This document shows positions 1 to 8,362 of a DNA stretch of 44,061 nucleotides, piece by piece. A program made the translations under genes and the position numbers. The DNA lies in contig JBDHQL010000001.1 of assembly GCA_039807035.1 (NCBI GenBank), forward strand, positions 1-44,061, in the 5' to 3' direction. Position 1 is the stretch's first letter, and each line of letters starts with the position of its first letter. Source of the DNA: Chthoniobacterales bacterium (GTDB taxonomy: Bacteria; Verrucomicrobiota; Verrucomicrobiia; Chthoniobacterales; JACTMZ01). The notes below the pieces were generated by a model, which did no database searches, was not told the DNA's origin, and saw only the letters and a program-made list of their open reading frames with translations.

Positions 1-683
1 CGTTTTTTGGCTATGCACGCCAAGATCGCAAGGATCAGCCTCGGGTGCCGATTACAGCCAAACTTGTGGCTAATTTGCTTGTCGCCGCAGGTGTGAATCG
101 CGTGCTGACGATGGACCTTCATGCGCAGCAATTGCAGGGATTTTTTGATATTCCGATGGATCATCTTTACGCCGCACCGGTACTTATCAAATACCTGCGG
201 ACAAAAAATCTGGGTGACTTCGTTGTTGTGTCGCCCGATGTCGGCGGCGTTAAAATGGCGTCAGCTTACGCACAAGCCATGAAGGTCAGTCTCGCGATTG
301 TGGTGAAGCGTCGGATCAGCGCGAGTGAAACGGAGGCCAAATATGTGATCGGTGAAATCGAAGGAAAAAATGTCCTCATCGTGGATGACATCACCGAGAC
401 GGCTGGGACTTTGTTGGCTGCGGCAAAAATTTTACGCGCCGCCGGAGCGGCTAATATTTATGCGATGGTTTCTCATGCTGTCTTAACGGAGCTTGCGGCA
501 GAGCGTTTGTGTAATTCGGAAATCAAGGAATTGATCACTACCGACAGCGTGCCCAAGGCCACATTGGAGGGGTGCCCGCTTCATGTTTGTTCGATTGCAC
601 CGCTCATGGGAGAAGGGATCAAACGCATCCATGATGACGAATCGGTGACTTCTTTGTTTGAAATCAACGGGAAATCTGTATAG
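1..683 (+). CDS. prs: ribose-phosphate pyrophosphokinase, C-terminal part (5' end outside window)
   Basis: The reading frame (codons from nt 3) is open to the window edge. The translation FFGYARQDRK..RVPITAKLVANLL..VVSPDVGGV..LIVDDITETAGTL matches Prs catalytic and PRPP-binding motifs. The prs-ctc-pth gene order is conserved. Confidence 0.9.
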   Translation, partial: FFGYARQDRKDQPRVPITAKLVANLLVAAGVNRVLTMDLHAQQLQGFFDIPMDHLYAAPVLIKYLRTKNLGDFVVVSPDVGGVKMASAYAQAMKVSLAIVVKRRISASETEAKYVIGEIEGKNVLIVDDITETAGTLLAAAKILRAAGAANIYAMVSHAVLTELAAERLCNSEIKELITTDSVPKATLEGCPLHVCSIAPLMGEGIKRIHDDESVTSLFEINGKSV

Positions 684-696
684 CGTCAGCTCCCCT

Positions 697-1374
697 ATGT
701 CGAAACATGTGAGTTTGAAAGTCGCGAACCGAACTGCAGCGGGCCGCAATGCCGTTAAAAAAGTGAGAGCCGCTCAGGCCGTTCCTGCCATCCTTTACGG
801 CAGTGAAATTGAGCCTGCGCTCCTGCAAGTGGAACGTCGTGCTATTGATGGATTGCTGGCTCATGCGGTGGGTGAAAACATTTTGGTGAACTTGGAAATT
901 GAAGGTGCAAGTAAAGGTGGAAACCGCCTCGCATTGATTAACGAAGTGCAACGTCATCCGGTAGATCGCACGATTTTACACGTAGATTTCCAAGTGGTGT
1001 CGGTGAACCAAAAGCTCGTGGCGGAAGTCGTGATTGAACCCGTGGGCGAAGCCAATGGCGTAAAAAATTTCGGTGGTTTGCTCGAACAAAGTTTGCGTTC
1101 TATTGAGGTGGAATGTTTGCCCAAAGACCTTCCCGAAATCATTCGCGTGGATGTGAGTCATTTGGAACTCGGCGACTCTTTGCACGTGAAAGACCTGCCG
1201 GTTTTGGCAGGTGTCGAATATCGAAGCGAAGGCGACATCACCGTCTTCCTCGTTTCCGAACCGAAGACCACGGAAGAAACGACCGCCACCGAAAGTGCCG
1301 CGACCGAGCCTGAAGTTATCCGCGAGAAAAAAGATACCGAAGGTGCCGAAGACGCTGCGGCGAAGAAGGATTAA
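697..1374 (+). CDS. rplY: 50S ribosomal protein L25 / general stress protein Ctc
   Basis: MSKHVSLKVANRTAAGRNAVKKVRAAQAVPAILYG is a typical L25/Ctc N-terminus, followed by an acidic T/E/A-rich tail. I chose ATG 697 over the ORF-track start at 658, which overlaps prs. Confidence 0.85.
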   Translation: MSKHVSLKVANRTAAGRNAVKKVRAAQAVPAILYGSEIEPALLQVERRAIDGLLAHAVGENILVNLEIEGASKGGNRLALINEVQRHPVDRTILHVDFQVVSVNQKLVAEVVIEPVGEANGVKNFGGLLEQSLRSIEVECLPKDLPEIIRVDVSHLELGDSLHVKDLPVLAGVEYRSEGDITVFLVSEPKTTEETTATESAATEPEVIREKKDTEGAEDAAAKKD

Positions 1375-1392
1375 TCATTTCATTTTTGCACA

Positions 1393-1965
1393 GTGGACAT
1401 CGAACCCGCACTTTGGTTGGTTGCGGGGCTGGGAAATCCGGGGACGCGCTACGCACGCACGCGCCACAATATCGGCTTTCGTGTGCTAGACGCTTTGCGT
1501 CCGGAGCAGCCCTTTTCCGAAGAAAAGCGCTTCGAGGGTTGGGTGTCAAAAATTCCGGGGGCGTGGCTGCTTAAACCAACTACATTCATGAACAATAGCG
1601 GCGTCGCAGTGCGGGCGATGGCTGATTTTTACAAGATTCCTTACGAAAGAATTCTCTTGGTTTTCGATGATGCGGCATTGCCTTTTGGGAAATTGCGATT
1701 GCGCCCGGGAGGCGGGCCCGGATCGCACAATGGTCTCGAATCTGTGATTGTTCATGGTGGCACGGAAGCTATTCCGCGCTTGCGCCTCGGCATTGGGAAT
1801 CCGCCGCAGCCGGTGAGCCTTCATGATCATGTGCTGGGTTTTTTTACGCCGGATGAGGAAGAAGAATTGCCAACTTTTCTTGATCGTGCGGCGGAGGCGA
1901 TTCGCGGCGTTTTGAAAAACGGGCTTGTCATAACGATGAATGAGTTCAATAAAGGAGGATTATGA
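1393..1965 (+). CDS. pth: peptidyl-tRNA hydrolase
   Basis: GTG start. Contains the Pth motifs LVAGLGNPG..Y..TRHNIGF, FMNNSG and GSHNGL. The stop overlaps the rpsF start (ATGA). Confidence 0.9.
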   Translation: MDIEPALWLVAGLGNPGTRYARTRHNIGFRVLDALRPEQPFSEEKRFEGWVSKIPGAWLLKPTTFMNNSGVAVRAMADFYKIPYERILLVFDDAALPFGKLRLRPGGGPGSHNGLESVIVHGGTEAIPRLRLGIGNPPQPVSLHDHVLGFFTPDEEEELPTFLDRAAEAIRGVLKNGLVITMNEFNKGGL

Positions 1966-2270
1966 GTAAACGACGTTACGAAGTGCTTCTCGTGCTTAAC
2001 ACGAAGGGGCAAGAAGAATCGGCTAACGATACCATCGAAGCCCTTGAAAAACAAATTAAAGCCGCAGGTGCGGAAATCGAGCAAGTTCAACGGCTTGAAA
2101 AGCGCCACTTTGCTTACACGAGTCACAAGCAGACATCCGGTTTTTACGTGAACTTCATTGTGGAAGGAACACCGGAGCAAATCAGCGGACTACGTGCAGC
2201 ATGGAAGCTTGATCCTGTGATTCATCTTCAACATTACGAGAAGCTCAAACCCGCAGCGAAAGCGGCTTAA
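1962..2270 (+). CDS. rpsF: 30S ribosomal protein S6
   Basis: 102 aa. MSKRRYEVLLVLN... has an S6-like N-terminus and length, and the gene lies immediately upstream of ssb as in most bacteria. Confidence 0.8.
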   Translation: MSKRRYEVLLVLNTKGQEESANDTIEALEKQIKAAGAEIEQVQRLEKRHFAYTSHKQTSGFYVNFIVEGTPEQISGLRAAWKLDPVIHLQHYEKLKPAAKAA

Positions 2271-2304
2271 CTTTCGACTACCAACCTCAAACATCTCCCA
2301 TTCC

Positions 2305-2766
2305 ATGGCCTCCTACAACCGCGTCGTCCTCCTCGGTAATTGCACTCGTGACCCCGAGGTTAAATACACTCCCAAAGGTACTGCCGTGACCGAAATCGGC
2401 CTTGCCATCAATCGTTATTATACGACTGACGGCGGCGAGAAGCGTGAGGAGACCACGTTTGTGGATGTCACGTTCTGGGGGCGCCCGGCGGAAATTGCCG
2501 GCGAGTATATTAAAAAAGGGCGTCCGGTTATGATTGAAGGGCGTCTGCAACTTGACACGTGGGACGACAAACAGACGGGGCAGAAGCGATCCAGGCTCAA
2601 GGTTGTCGGTGAGAATTTGCAATTGCTCGGCAGTCGCGACTCCGCAGGAGAAGGCGGTGGCGGTGGAGCCGCACGTTCTAGTGCTCCGAGAGCGGCATCG
2701 AAACCTGCGGCGACAGCAACTGATGAACCGGCAGATGCGGTAGAAGAAGACGATATTCCGTTTTAA
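2305..2766 (+). CDS. ssb: single-stranded DNA-binding protein
   Basis: OB-fold N-terminus MASYNRVVLLGNCTRDPEVKYTPKGTAV, a Gly/Ala/Pro-rich linker and the canonical acidic tip EEDDIPF. Confidence 0.92.
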   Translation: MASYNRVVLLGNCTRDPEVKYTPKGTAVTEIGLAINRYYTTDGGEKREETTFVDVTFWGRPAEIAGEYIKKGRPVMIEGRLQLDTWDDKQTGQKRSRLKVVGENLQLLGSRDSAGEGGGGGAARSSAPRAASKPAATATDEPADAVEEDDIPF

Positions 2767-3584
2767 CCGTGGGCCTCGGGCCCCTCGTCATTGCCAATTT
2801 CTTCATCAATCCCTCGACTCCATGCCGCAGGCACGAGGGGGCGCACTAATCCGTAGAGAAGGTAGGCGATAAAAATCATCGCAGGCATCCATTCGTAATT
2901 GAGGGCGGTAAAAATCAGGACGAGGATGATGATGATAAACTTCGGCATCGAGCGGCGTGTGCGCCAGTTGACGGCCTTAAAGCTGGGATATTGGACGCGG
3001 CTGAACATCATGAAGGAGAGAAAAAGTAGGAGCGGTGGAAGCGCATATTTCCATGGTCCAATTGTCTTTTGACCGGCATCCAGCCACAGCATAAAAAGCG
3101 TGATGGAAGCGATCAATCCTGCGGCGGCAGGGATGGGGAAGCCTTCGAAGTTTTTGGATTTGTTACCGGCATCGGGTTGTGCTGCAACGCAGTTGAAACG
3201 CGCCAGGCGCAAGGCACCGCAGGCGAGATAGACGAAGGCAATGAGCTGCCCGTAGCGATCAAAGTCACGCAGAACGATGTGAAAAACGAGCAATGCCGGT
3301 GCCACCCCGAAGGAGACGATGTCGGCAAGCGAATCAAACTCTCTCCCGAATGCACTCTCATTGCCACCAAGTCGCGCTAAACGTCCATCTAACAAATCAA
3401 AAACACACGCCCCGAGAATGAACCATACTGCGGCGTGAACTTTGTTTGCGGGGTCACCGCCGGCATTGATGAGAATGACGGCATCTAAAATGCTGAGCAC
3501 TGCCGCAAATCCGCAAAAAAGATTCCCTGCCGTCATGAGATTTGGCAGCAAATAAATGCGCACGGAGTTATTGTCGTTGCTCAT
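2763..3584 (-). CDS. pssA: CDP-diacylglycerol--serine O-phosphatidyltransferase
   Basis: CDP-alcohol phosphatidyltransferase motif (DLLDGRLARL....FGREFDSLAD) in a multi-TM protein. The ATG overlaps the psd stop (ATGA), giving a pssA-psd pair. Confidence 0.85.
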   Translation of the reverse strand: MSNDNNSVRIYLLPNLMTAGNLFCGFAAVLSILDAVILINAGGDPANKVHAAVWFILGACVFDLLDGRLARLGGNESAFGREFDSLADIVSFGVAPALLVFHIVLRDFDRYGQLIAFVYLACGALRLARFNCVAAQPDAGNKSKNFEGFPIPAAAGLIASITLFMLWLDAGQKTIGPWKYALPPLLLFLSFMMFSRVQYPSFKAVNWRTRRSMPKFIIIILVLIFTALNYEWMPAMIFIAYLLYGLVRPLVPAAWSRGIDEEIGNDEGPEAHG

Positions 3585-4399
3585 GAGCGGGTCTCCTTCG
3601 AGGAGGAATTCTTAGCTGTGGCGTCTTCATCGGCAATTCCTTTTGGGGTTTTAACATCATGCCACGCGATAGGTTTTGTTCTCTCCGGCATTCGAGGCTG
3701 TGCCATGGATTGTTCTACATTACGAGCGACAATGGTGCGTGCTCCGAGAACGTGATCGCCGACACGTACCGAGACATGACAAGCGAGGGGGATAAAAATT
3801 TCGGTGCGTGATCCGAAGCGAATCATTCCGAAATGTTGTCCACGCTGCAGCTGGTCTCCCAACATGGCCCATGGAACAATGCGCCGTGCGATGGCGCCGG
3901 TGATTTGCCGCACAACAATCATTGTGCCCTCGCAATCGAATCCCCATGTGCGAGCGGCATTGTTGGCGGAGGCCTTGGGACTGCGGGCATCGTAATATTT
4001 CCCTTGGTGTGCCGCCGTATAAACGACGCGTCCTTTGGCGGGAGCACGATTCACATGAACATCGAAGACCGATAAAAAAATGCCAATGCGTCGCATTTTC
4101 TTTCCCGTCACTTCGGTTTCGTCCATCTCTTCGATGTCAGTCACCACACCATCCGCCGGTGAAACAATCAGCCCGACACCGGACGGAGTGACGCGCTTTG
4201 GATCGCGAAAAAAGTACAGCGTGAACACGAGCAGTGCGGTGGGAATGACCGCTAAAAGCAGCGAAATTTTCCACGCACCGATTGTGAGCAAAATGAGAAT
4301 GAGAAGAATCCATTTGGCCTGCCAAAGTGTTTGCCAACGCATAAAGCCGAAGCCTACACGGGGAGTACGTCTCGTTGAAAACCATTTGATTGGATTCAT
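3581..4399 (-). CDS. psd: phosphatidylserine decarboxylase family protein (short, membrane-anchored type)
   Basis: N-terminal TM segments, then a Psd-like core with the self-cleavage-type motif MIRFGSRTE. It is coupled to pssA. Confidence 0.78.
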   Translation of the reverse strand: MNPIKWFSTRRTPRVGFGFMRWQTLWQAKWILLILILLTIGAWKISLLLAVIPTALLVFTLYFFRDPKRVTPSGVGLIVSPADGVVTDIEEMDETEVTGKKMRRIGIFLSVFDVHVNRAPAKGRVVYTAAHQGKYYDARSPKASANNAARTWGFDCEGTMIVVRQITGAIARRIVPWAMLGDQLQRGQHFGMIRFGSRTEIFIPLACHVSVRVGDHVLGARTIVARNVEQSMAQPRMPERTKPIAWHDVKTPKGIADEDATAKNSSSKETRS

Positions 4400-4426
4400 G
4401 CGCCTGCGGCGTTAATTTTGAGTTCT

Positions 4427-4984
4427 ATGACACACCGTGAAATTACTCTGACGCGCGATTGCAAGGCTGTTTTAATTCCCAGCGGCGAGGAAACTCTCAT
4501 CAAGGCCGGGAGCCCCGCCATAATTACCCAGGCACTTGGTGGAACCTATACCGTAGCGTTGCAAACGGGGCTGGCTCGCATTGCTGAAGCGGATGCGGAT
4601 GCGCTTGGGATTGAGGTCGCCGCAAAACCATCGTCTGAGCCGATTCCGGTGGACCCAAAGGATGCCGCAGCGGTGAATGAAGACGCTGTTTGGGCGCAGC
4701 TAAAAAATGTCTATGATCCGGAAATCCCCGTGAACATCGTGGACTTGGGGCTTGTTTACGATTTGGCACTCACTCAAGGCGCAGGCGGTGGCGTGGCGGT
4801 GCATGTGAAAATGACGCTTACCGCACCAGGTTGCGGCATGGGTCCCACGATCGCCGGTGATGCACGCAGTCGTATTCTCACGATTCCGGGCGTGGAATCC
4901 GCCGAGGTAGAACTTGTGTGGTCACCACCGTGGAATCAAGGCATGATCAGCGAAACCGGTCGCATGAAGTTGGGAATGATCTAA
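4427..4984 (+). CDS. sufT: Fe-S cluster assembly protein SufT-like (DUF59/MIP18 domain at C-terminus)
   Basis: The C-terminal half, VWAQLKNVYDPEIPVNIVDLGLVY...MTLTAPGCGMG, is a classic DUF59 motif, and the N-terminal extension is as in SufT. I chose ATG 4427; the ORF track starts at TTG 4418. Confidence 0.7.
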   Translation: MTHREITLTRDCKAVLIPSGEETLIKAGSPAIITQALGGTYTVALQTGLARIAEADADALGIEVAAKPSSEPIPVDPKDAAAVNEDAVWAQLKNVYDPEIPVNIVDLGLVYDLALTQGAGGGVAVHVKMTLTAPGCGMGPTIAGDARSRILTIPGVESAEVELVWSPPWNQGMISETGRMKLGMI

Positions 4985-5011
4985 TTTGTGGATTTATCCG
5001 CAAAAAAAAAT

Positions 5012-5079
5012 CCAGGGGGCACGGGCGTCTCGCCCGTGATGGAAAAGACGTCCACAGGCGAGACGCCTGTGCCCCCTGG
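5012..5079. repeat. REP-like imperfect palindrome, family A, copy 1 (68 nt)
   Basis: CCAGGGGGCAC (5012..5022) pairs with GTGCCCCCTGG (5069..5079), and the inner arms are GGCGTCTCGCC / GGCGAGACGCC. It also folds as two local 8-bp triloop hairpins, CACGGGCG-TCT-CGCCCGTG (5020..5038) and CACAGGCG-AGA-CGCCTGTG (5053..5071). It is preceded by an A9 run. Confidence 0.85.
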
Positions 5080-5203
5080 GCAGAAAAAACCGTCGGGTGC
5101 GTTGGCGCCTCGCCCAAGTCTTATTCACTGCGAGTGGATTGATGGATTTCGCGCAGCCACGCAGAATGTGTACGGTAAGTGGTTAGACGCCGCATTAAAA
5201 ACT

Positions 5204-5271
5204 CCAGGGGGCACGGGCGTCCCGCCCGTGATGGAAAAAGCGTCCACAGGCGAGGCGCCTGTGCCTCCTAG
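5204..5271. repeat. REP-like imperfect palindrome, family A, copy 2 (same orientation, degenerate 3' arm)
   Basis: CCAGGGGGCACGGGCGTCCCGCCCGTGATGGAAAAAGCGTCCACAGGCGAGGCGCCTGTGCCTCCTAG is about 90 percent identical to copy 1. Two of its differences fall in the triloops of the two local hairpins (TCT to TCC, AGA to AGG). Confidence 0.8.
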
Positions 5272-5315
5272 ACAGAAAAAACCTCGTAGCAACATGACGC
5301 AGCTTTCTTGGTATT

Positions 5316-5984
5316 ATGGCGGCGACGAGTGATTCTACGTTCGTGCGTTTGGCGCATTTGGAAGAACACGCGTCATGGTTGTCATGGCTTGTTCCTGATG
5401 AAACAAAGCGAGCGCAAACTCTCGCCAATGAAACGCTGCGGGCCCGCTTCGTTGTTTCACGAGGATTACGGCGAGCGGTGCTTTCGGACTGTTTGAAAAC
5501 CGCACCGCGCCATTTGCAATTTCTCGAAGAGCCAGAAACAAAACCGAGCCTTCAAAATTCGCAAGGCTGGGATTTTAACATCACTCATGCAGGCGACTAT
5601 GTGGCCATCGCGGCGAGGTATGGGTCGGTGGGATTGGATTTAGAAAAAATTCGGCCAGTTCGGCAAATGGCTTCCATAGTCCACCGCTATTTTCATCCCG
5701 ACGAAGCCGCCGCATGGGTGGCGTTGGAAAAGGGCACTCAAGTTGAAGGATTTTTCATTCTTTGGGCCGCACGAGAAGCCGCCATGAAATGCGTGGGTCT
5801 CGGCCTCGCTCGAGGATTGTCTATCACGTGGGTGGATTCCCATATCCTCCATGGCGATGAAGCTCACGCGACGGTCGGCGATACGCGATTTTCATTGCGC
5901 CGTCTTAAAGCTCCTGCGGGATATGTGATGATGGTGGCGACGAGCGAAAGATTGCCAGCGGAGAGGATGGAGGTTAAGAATTAG
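5316..5984 (+). CDS. 4'-phosphopantetheinyl transferase (Sfp-type)
   Basis: FNITHAGDYVAIA, GLDLE and WAAREAAMKCVG correspond to the conserved PPTase motifs (the G-x-D-x-E and W-x-x-K-E-A-x-x-K types). Confidence 0.75.
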   Translation: MAATSDSTFVRLAHLEEHASWLSWLVPDETKRAQTLANETLRARFVVSRGLRRAVLSDCLKTAPRHLQFLEEPETKPSLQNSQGWDFNITHAGDYVAIAARYGSVGLDLEKIRPVRQMASIVHRYFHPDEAAAWVALEKGTQVEGFFILWAAREAAMKCVGLGLARGLSITWVDSHILHGDEAHATVGDTRFSLRRLKAPAGYVMMVATSERLPAERMEVKN

Positions 5985-5987
5985 CCC

Positions 5988-6212
5988 ATGCAGTCTCCAT
6001 ACATCCAAAGCGTAAAGCGTGGGCTTATCATTGGTGCGATCTCGCTGACCATTGCCGGCACCCTGGGTTTTACGATGTTTTTGGTGATTGGAATTACGCA
6101 GATTAATTTTCTCGTCACGTGGTTGCCCGTAGTACTCATCGCCGTTTTTGTCGTGGTGGCGCTCACAGTGCTACTTCGCGATGCAGCGGCTCGCAAAAAG
6201 GGTAAGCAGTAG
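5988..6212 (+). CDS. small hypothetical membrane protein (two predicted TM helices)
   Basis: 74-aa ORF starting 4 nt after the PPTase stop. It has two hydrophobic stretches and a basic C-terminal tail. I recognise no family. Confidence 0.4.
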   Translation: MQSPYIQSVKRGLIIGAISLTIAGTLGFTMFLVIGITQINFLVTWLPVVLIAVFVVVALTVLLRDAAARKKGKQ

Positions 6213-6323
6213 TCTTACTCTCGCAACATCCTTCAAGGCGTTTGTCGTGCGCAATGCGCATTTTTGATATGAAGATTTTGGCACCATTGCTATAATGTTG
6301 TGACCTCGAAGAATAATGCCTCC

Positions 6324-8264
6324 ATGAAAATATTCTCTGTCATTCTTGCGGCAATTTTCGTTGGCTTAGCGATTGGATTTTTTCTGGGGCGACAATCGTC
6401 TTTTCACCAGCGATCCCTACCTCAGGTCGAGCAAACTAGTCGGGCTAACAGAGATATATTATGGACCGCTGATGTCGAGGCATCGGTACTTGCGACTGGC
6501 ACCACCGCCACGGCGGATTCAGCTGGCACGCCGGCACGCCCAATCACCGCCGCTCAGCTTGTCGCAGAACTCGACAACCTTCAGCTTTTTGAAAATTTCG
6601 GAGCATCACTGCAAACTCGGGCAGAATTGTATAAAAGGATCCGTGTGTCGGATATCAAGACACTTGCCGCCGAATTCAGTGCGTTAAACGCGCCGCAAAA
6701 GCGCGACGTAAGAATGTTTGGAACCCAACTGATTCTGGAGGCACTGGCCGAGAAAGACCCACAACAAGCTTGGGAACTGGCGACCTCGACCTCTTCCGAT
6801 CCAGTCCGTACAAGCACCGTCATGAGTGTGATTAATATGCTTGTTCGTCAAGACCCGGACCGCGCCTTTGCCATGATCGCGGCGCTCCCGGATGTCGAAT
6901 TGCGACGACAGGGGCGGCTAGTCGCTCTTGGAGCACTGGCGGCAAAGGATCCCGCACGTGCCTTTTCGCTCGTCATGGCGGAGCCGGAACCCGAAGCAAA
7001 CATGGGCATGATGGTGATTCTTACACGCTGGGCGCGTACAGATCCGGAAGCGGCAAAAAGTGCTATTGCATCCCTTCAAGGTCCCCTTGGAGAGCAGGCG
7101 CGTGCATCCTTGATTCGTGTGCTTGGCTCTGAGGACCCTGCTGCGGCTTGGGAGTACGCCAAACAACTGCCAATCACCTCGGTCAATGATTCGCGTTCTT
7201 ATCTCATTGCGCAATGGGCTAGAACCGACCCGCGTGCCGCACTCGATGCCGCGTTGACGATCCCGCAATCCGTGAAACGCAATGAAGCTGTGGGTGCAGC
7301 TGTTGGCTCGTGGGGAAAAATCGATTTTGATGCGGCCCTCGTCTACGCGGCAAGCGTGGTCGATTCCGGTATGCGCTCAGAAATTTTGAGCCAGCTCAGC
7401 CATCAACCACAAAGCAATCCGCAAAAAACGCTGGATGCCGTTTTGGAATACATGCCTCCGGGAGAAGCGTTCACGAGTGCGGTAAATAATATCGTTAACA
7501 TGTGGGCGAAAAATGATCCATCCGCTGCAGCTGCAGCAGTGATTGCCCTGCCGCCGGGAGACACGATGTCCCGAGCCGCTCGCAGTCTTGTCACCTCGTG
7601 GGTTTCCGCCGGTGGCTCGCCCGACGAGGTTCTTCGTTGGATTGGAGGCTTATCGCAGGGAAGTGCGCAGCAAGGAGCTTATGCCAGCCTCTTTACCAAA
7701 TGGAGTGAAACAGAGCCGCTAGTCGCTGTACAATCACTTTCCCGAATCTCTGAATCGGCAAGAACGGTAGTCATGCAATCTATCGTCGGAGGTTGGAGTT
7801 TACTCGCCCCCGAAGAAGCCCTACGCTGGGCGTCATTAGCACCGACAACTCCCGACGAACGTAATTCTTTGATCGGAATCACCGTCAGCCGAATGGCGGC
7901 AATTTCTCCGGAAAAGACAACGGCGGCTGTCCTTTCTCTTCCTGAGGCGCAACGTACTAGAGCGATGGATTCGCTCATGAGGCAATGGGCCTCCAAAGAT
8001 ATGACCGCTGCCGCTCGATGGTTGGACAAACAGCCCGCTAGTGCCGCCAAAAACGCCTCACTTCGCACCTTGGCTAATGAAATCGCTAAGGATGATCCGC
8101 ATTCCGCCATGTCATGGGCCAACAATATTTCCGACACGGGCGAAAAGCATAAAGTGATGGAACATCTCGCTCGGCAATGGATGTACACCGATCCCGCTGC
8201 AGCCCGCGCATGGATTGCCAATTCCTCCCTCCCTCTCGAAGTTCGTAATATGCTGGTAAAATAG
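6324..8264 (+). CDS. membrane-anchored helical-repeat protein of unknown function (about 15 repeats of a W-x3-DP-x2-A type unit)
   Basis: N-terminal TM segment MKIFSVILAAIFVGLAIGFFLG, then recurring units roughly 33-38 aa apart: RWARTDPEAAKSAIASL, AQWARTDPRAALDAALTIP, NMWAKNDPSAAAAAVIALP, RQWASKDMTAAARWLDKQP, RQWMYTDPAAARAWIANSSLP and others. I chose ATG 6324; the ORF track starts at GTG 6300. Confidence 0.7.
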   Translation: MKIFSVILAAIFVGLAIGFFLGRQSSFHQRSLPQVEQTSRANRDILWTADVEASVLATGTTATADSAGTPARPITAAQLVAELDNLQLFENFGASLQTRAELYKRIRVSDIKTLAAEFSALNAPQKRDVRMFGTQLILEALAEKDPQQAWELATSTSSDPVRTSTVMSVINMLVRQDPDRAFAMIAALPDVELRRQGRLVALGALAAKDPARAFSLVMAEPEPEANMGMMVILTRWARTDPEAAKSAIASLQGPLGEQARASLIRVLGSEDPAAAWEYAKQLPITSVNDSRSYLIAQWARTDPRAALDAALTIPQSVKRNEAVGAAVGSWGKIDFDAALVYAASVVDSGMRSEILSQLSHQPQSNPQKTLDAVLEYMPPGEAFTSAVNNIVNMWAKNDPSAAAAAVIALPPGDTMSRAARSLVTSWVSAGGSPDEVLRWIGGLSQGSAQQGAYASLFTKWSETEPLVAVQSLSRISESARTVVMQSIVGGWSLLAPEEALRWASLAPTTPDERNSLIGITVSRMAAISPEKTTAAVLSLPEAQRTRAMDSLMRQWASKDMTAAARWLDKQPASAAKNASLRTLANEIAKDDPHSAMSWANNISDTGEKHKVMEHLARQWMYTDPAAARAWIANSSLPLEVRNMLVK

Positions 8265-8362
8265 CCGTACTATTGTGTTCTTGTAATTAAAATCCGCCGT
8301 CATAATCACGGGGCGGTTAAGGTTTGCCCGTGGGATGGTTCGTGGTGTTCAATCATATTCTT

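Noticed and set aside
2271-2766. rpsF-ssb not followed by rpsR-rplI
   Set aside because: The gene order is variable across phyla, and the missing genes are presumably elsewhere. This is not evidence of anything unusual without the rest of the genome.
4988-5332. 114-aa ORF with an internal duplication (PGGTGVSPVMEKTSTGETPVPPGQKKP / PGGTGVPPVMEKASTGEAPVPPRQKKP)
   Set aside because: The duplicated peptide is simply the translation of the two family A palindromic repeats. The opposite strand gives an equally long ORF, as expected for palindromes. It is non-coding repeat DNA rather than a gene.
6279-6296. TGGCAC...TTGC resembling a sigma-54 -24/-12 element, and a perfect TATAAT (6291..6296) upstream of the repeat protein gene
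   Set aside because: The GG-to-GC spacing is about 3 nt too short for a sigma-54 promoter. The TATAAT has no acceptable -35 hexamer at 16-18 nt. A single hexamer is too weak to call a promoter.
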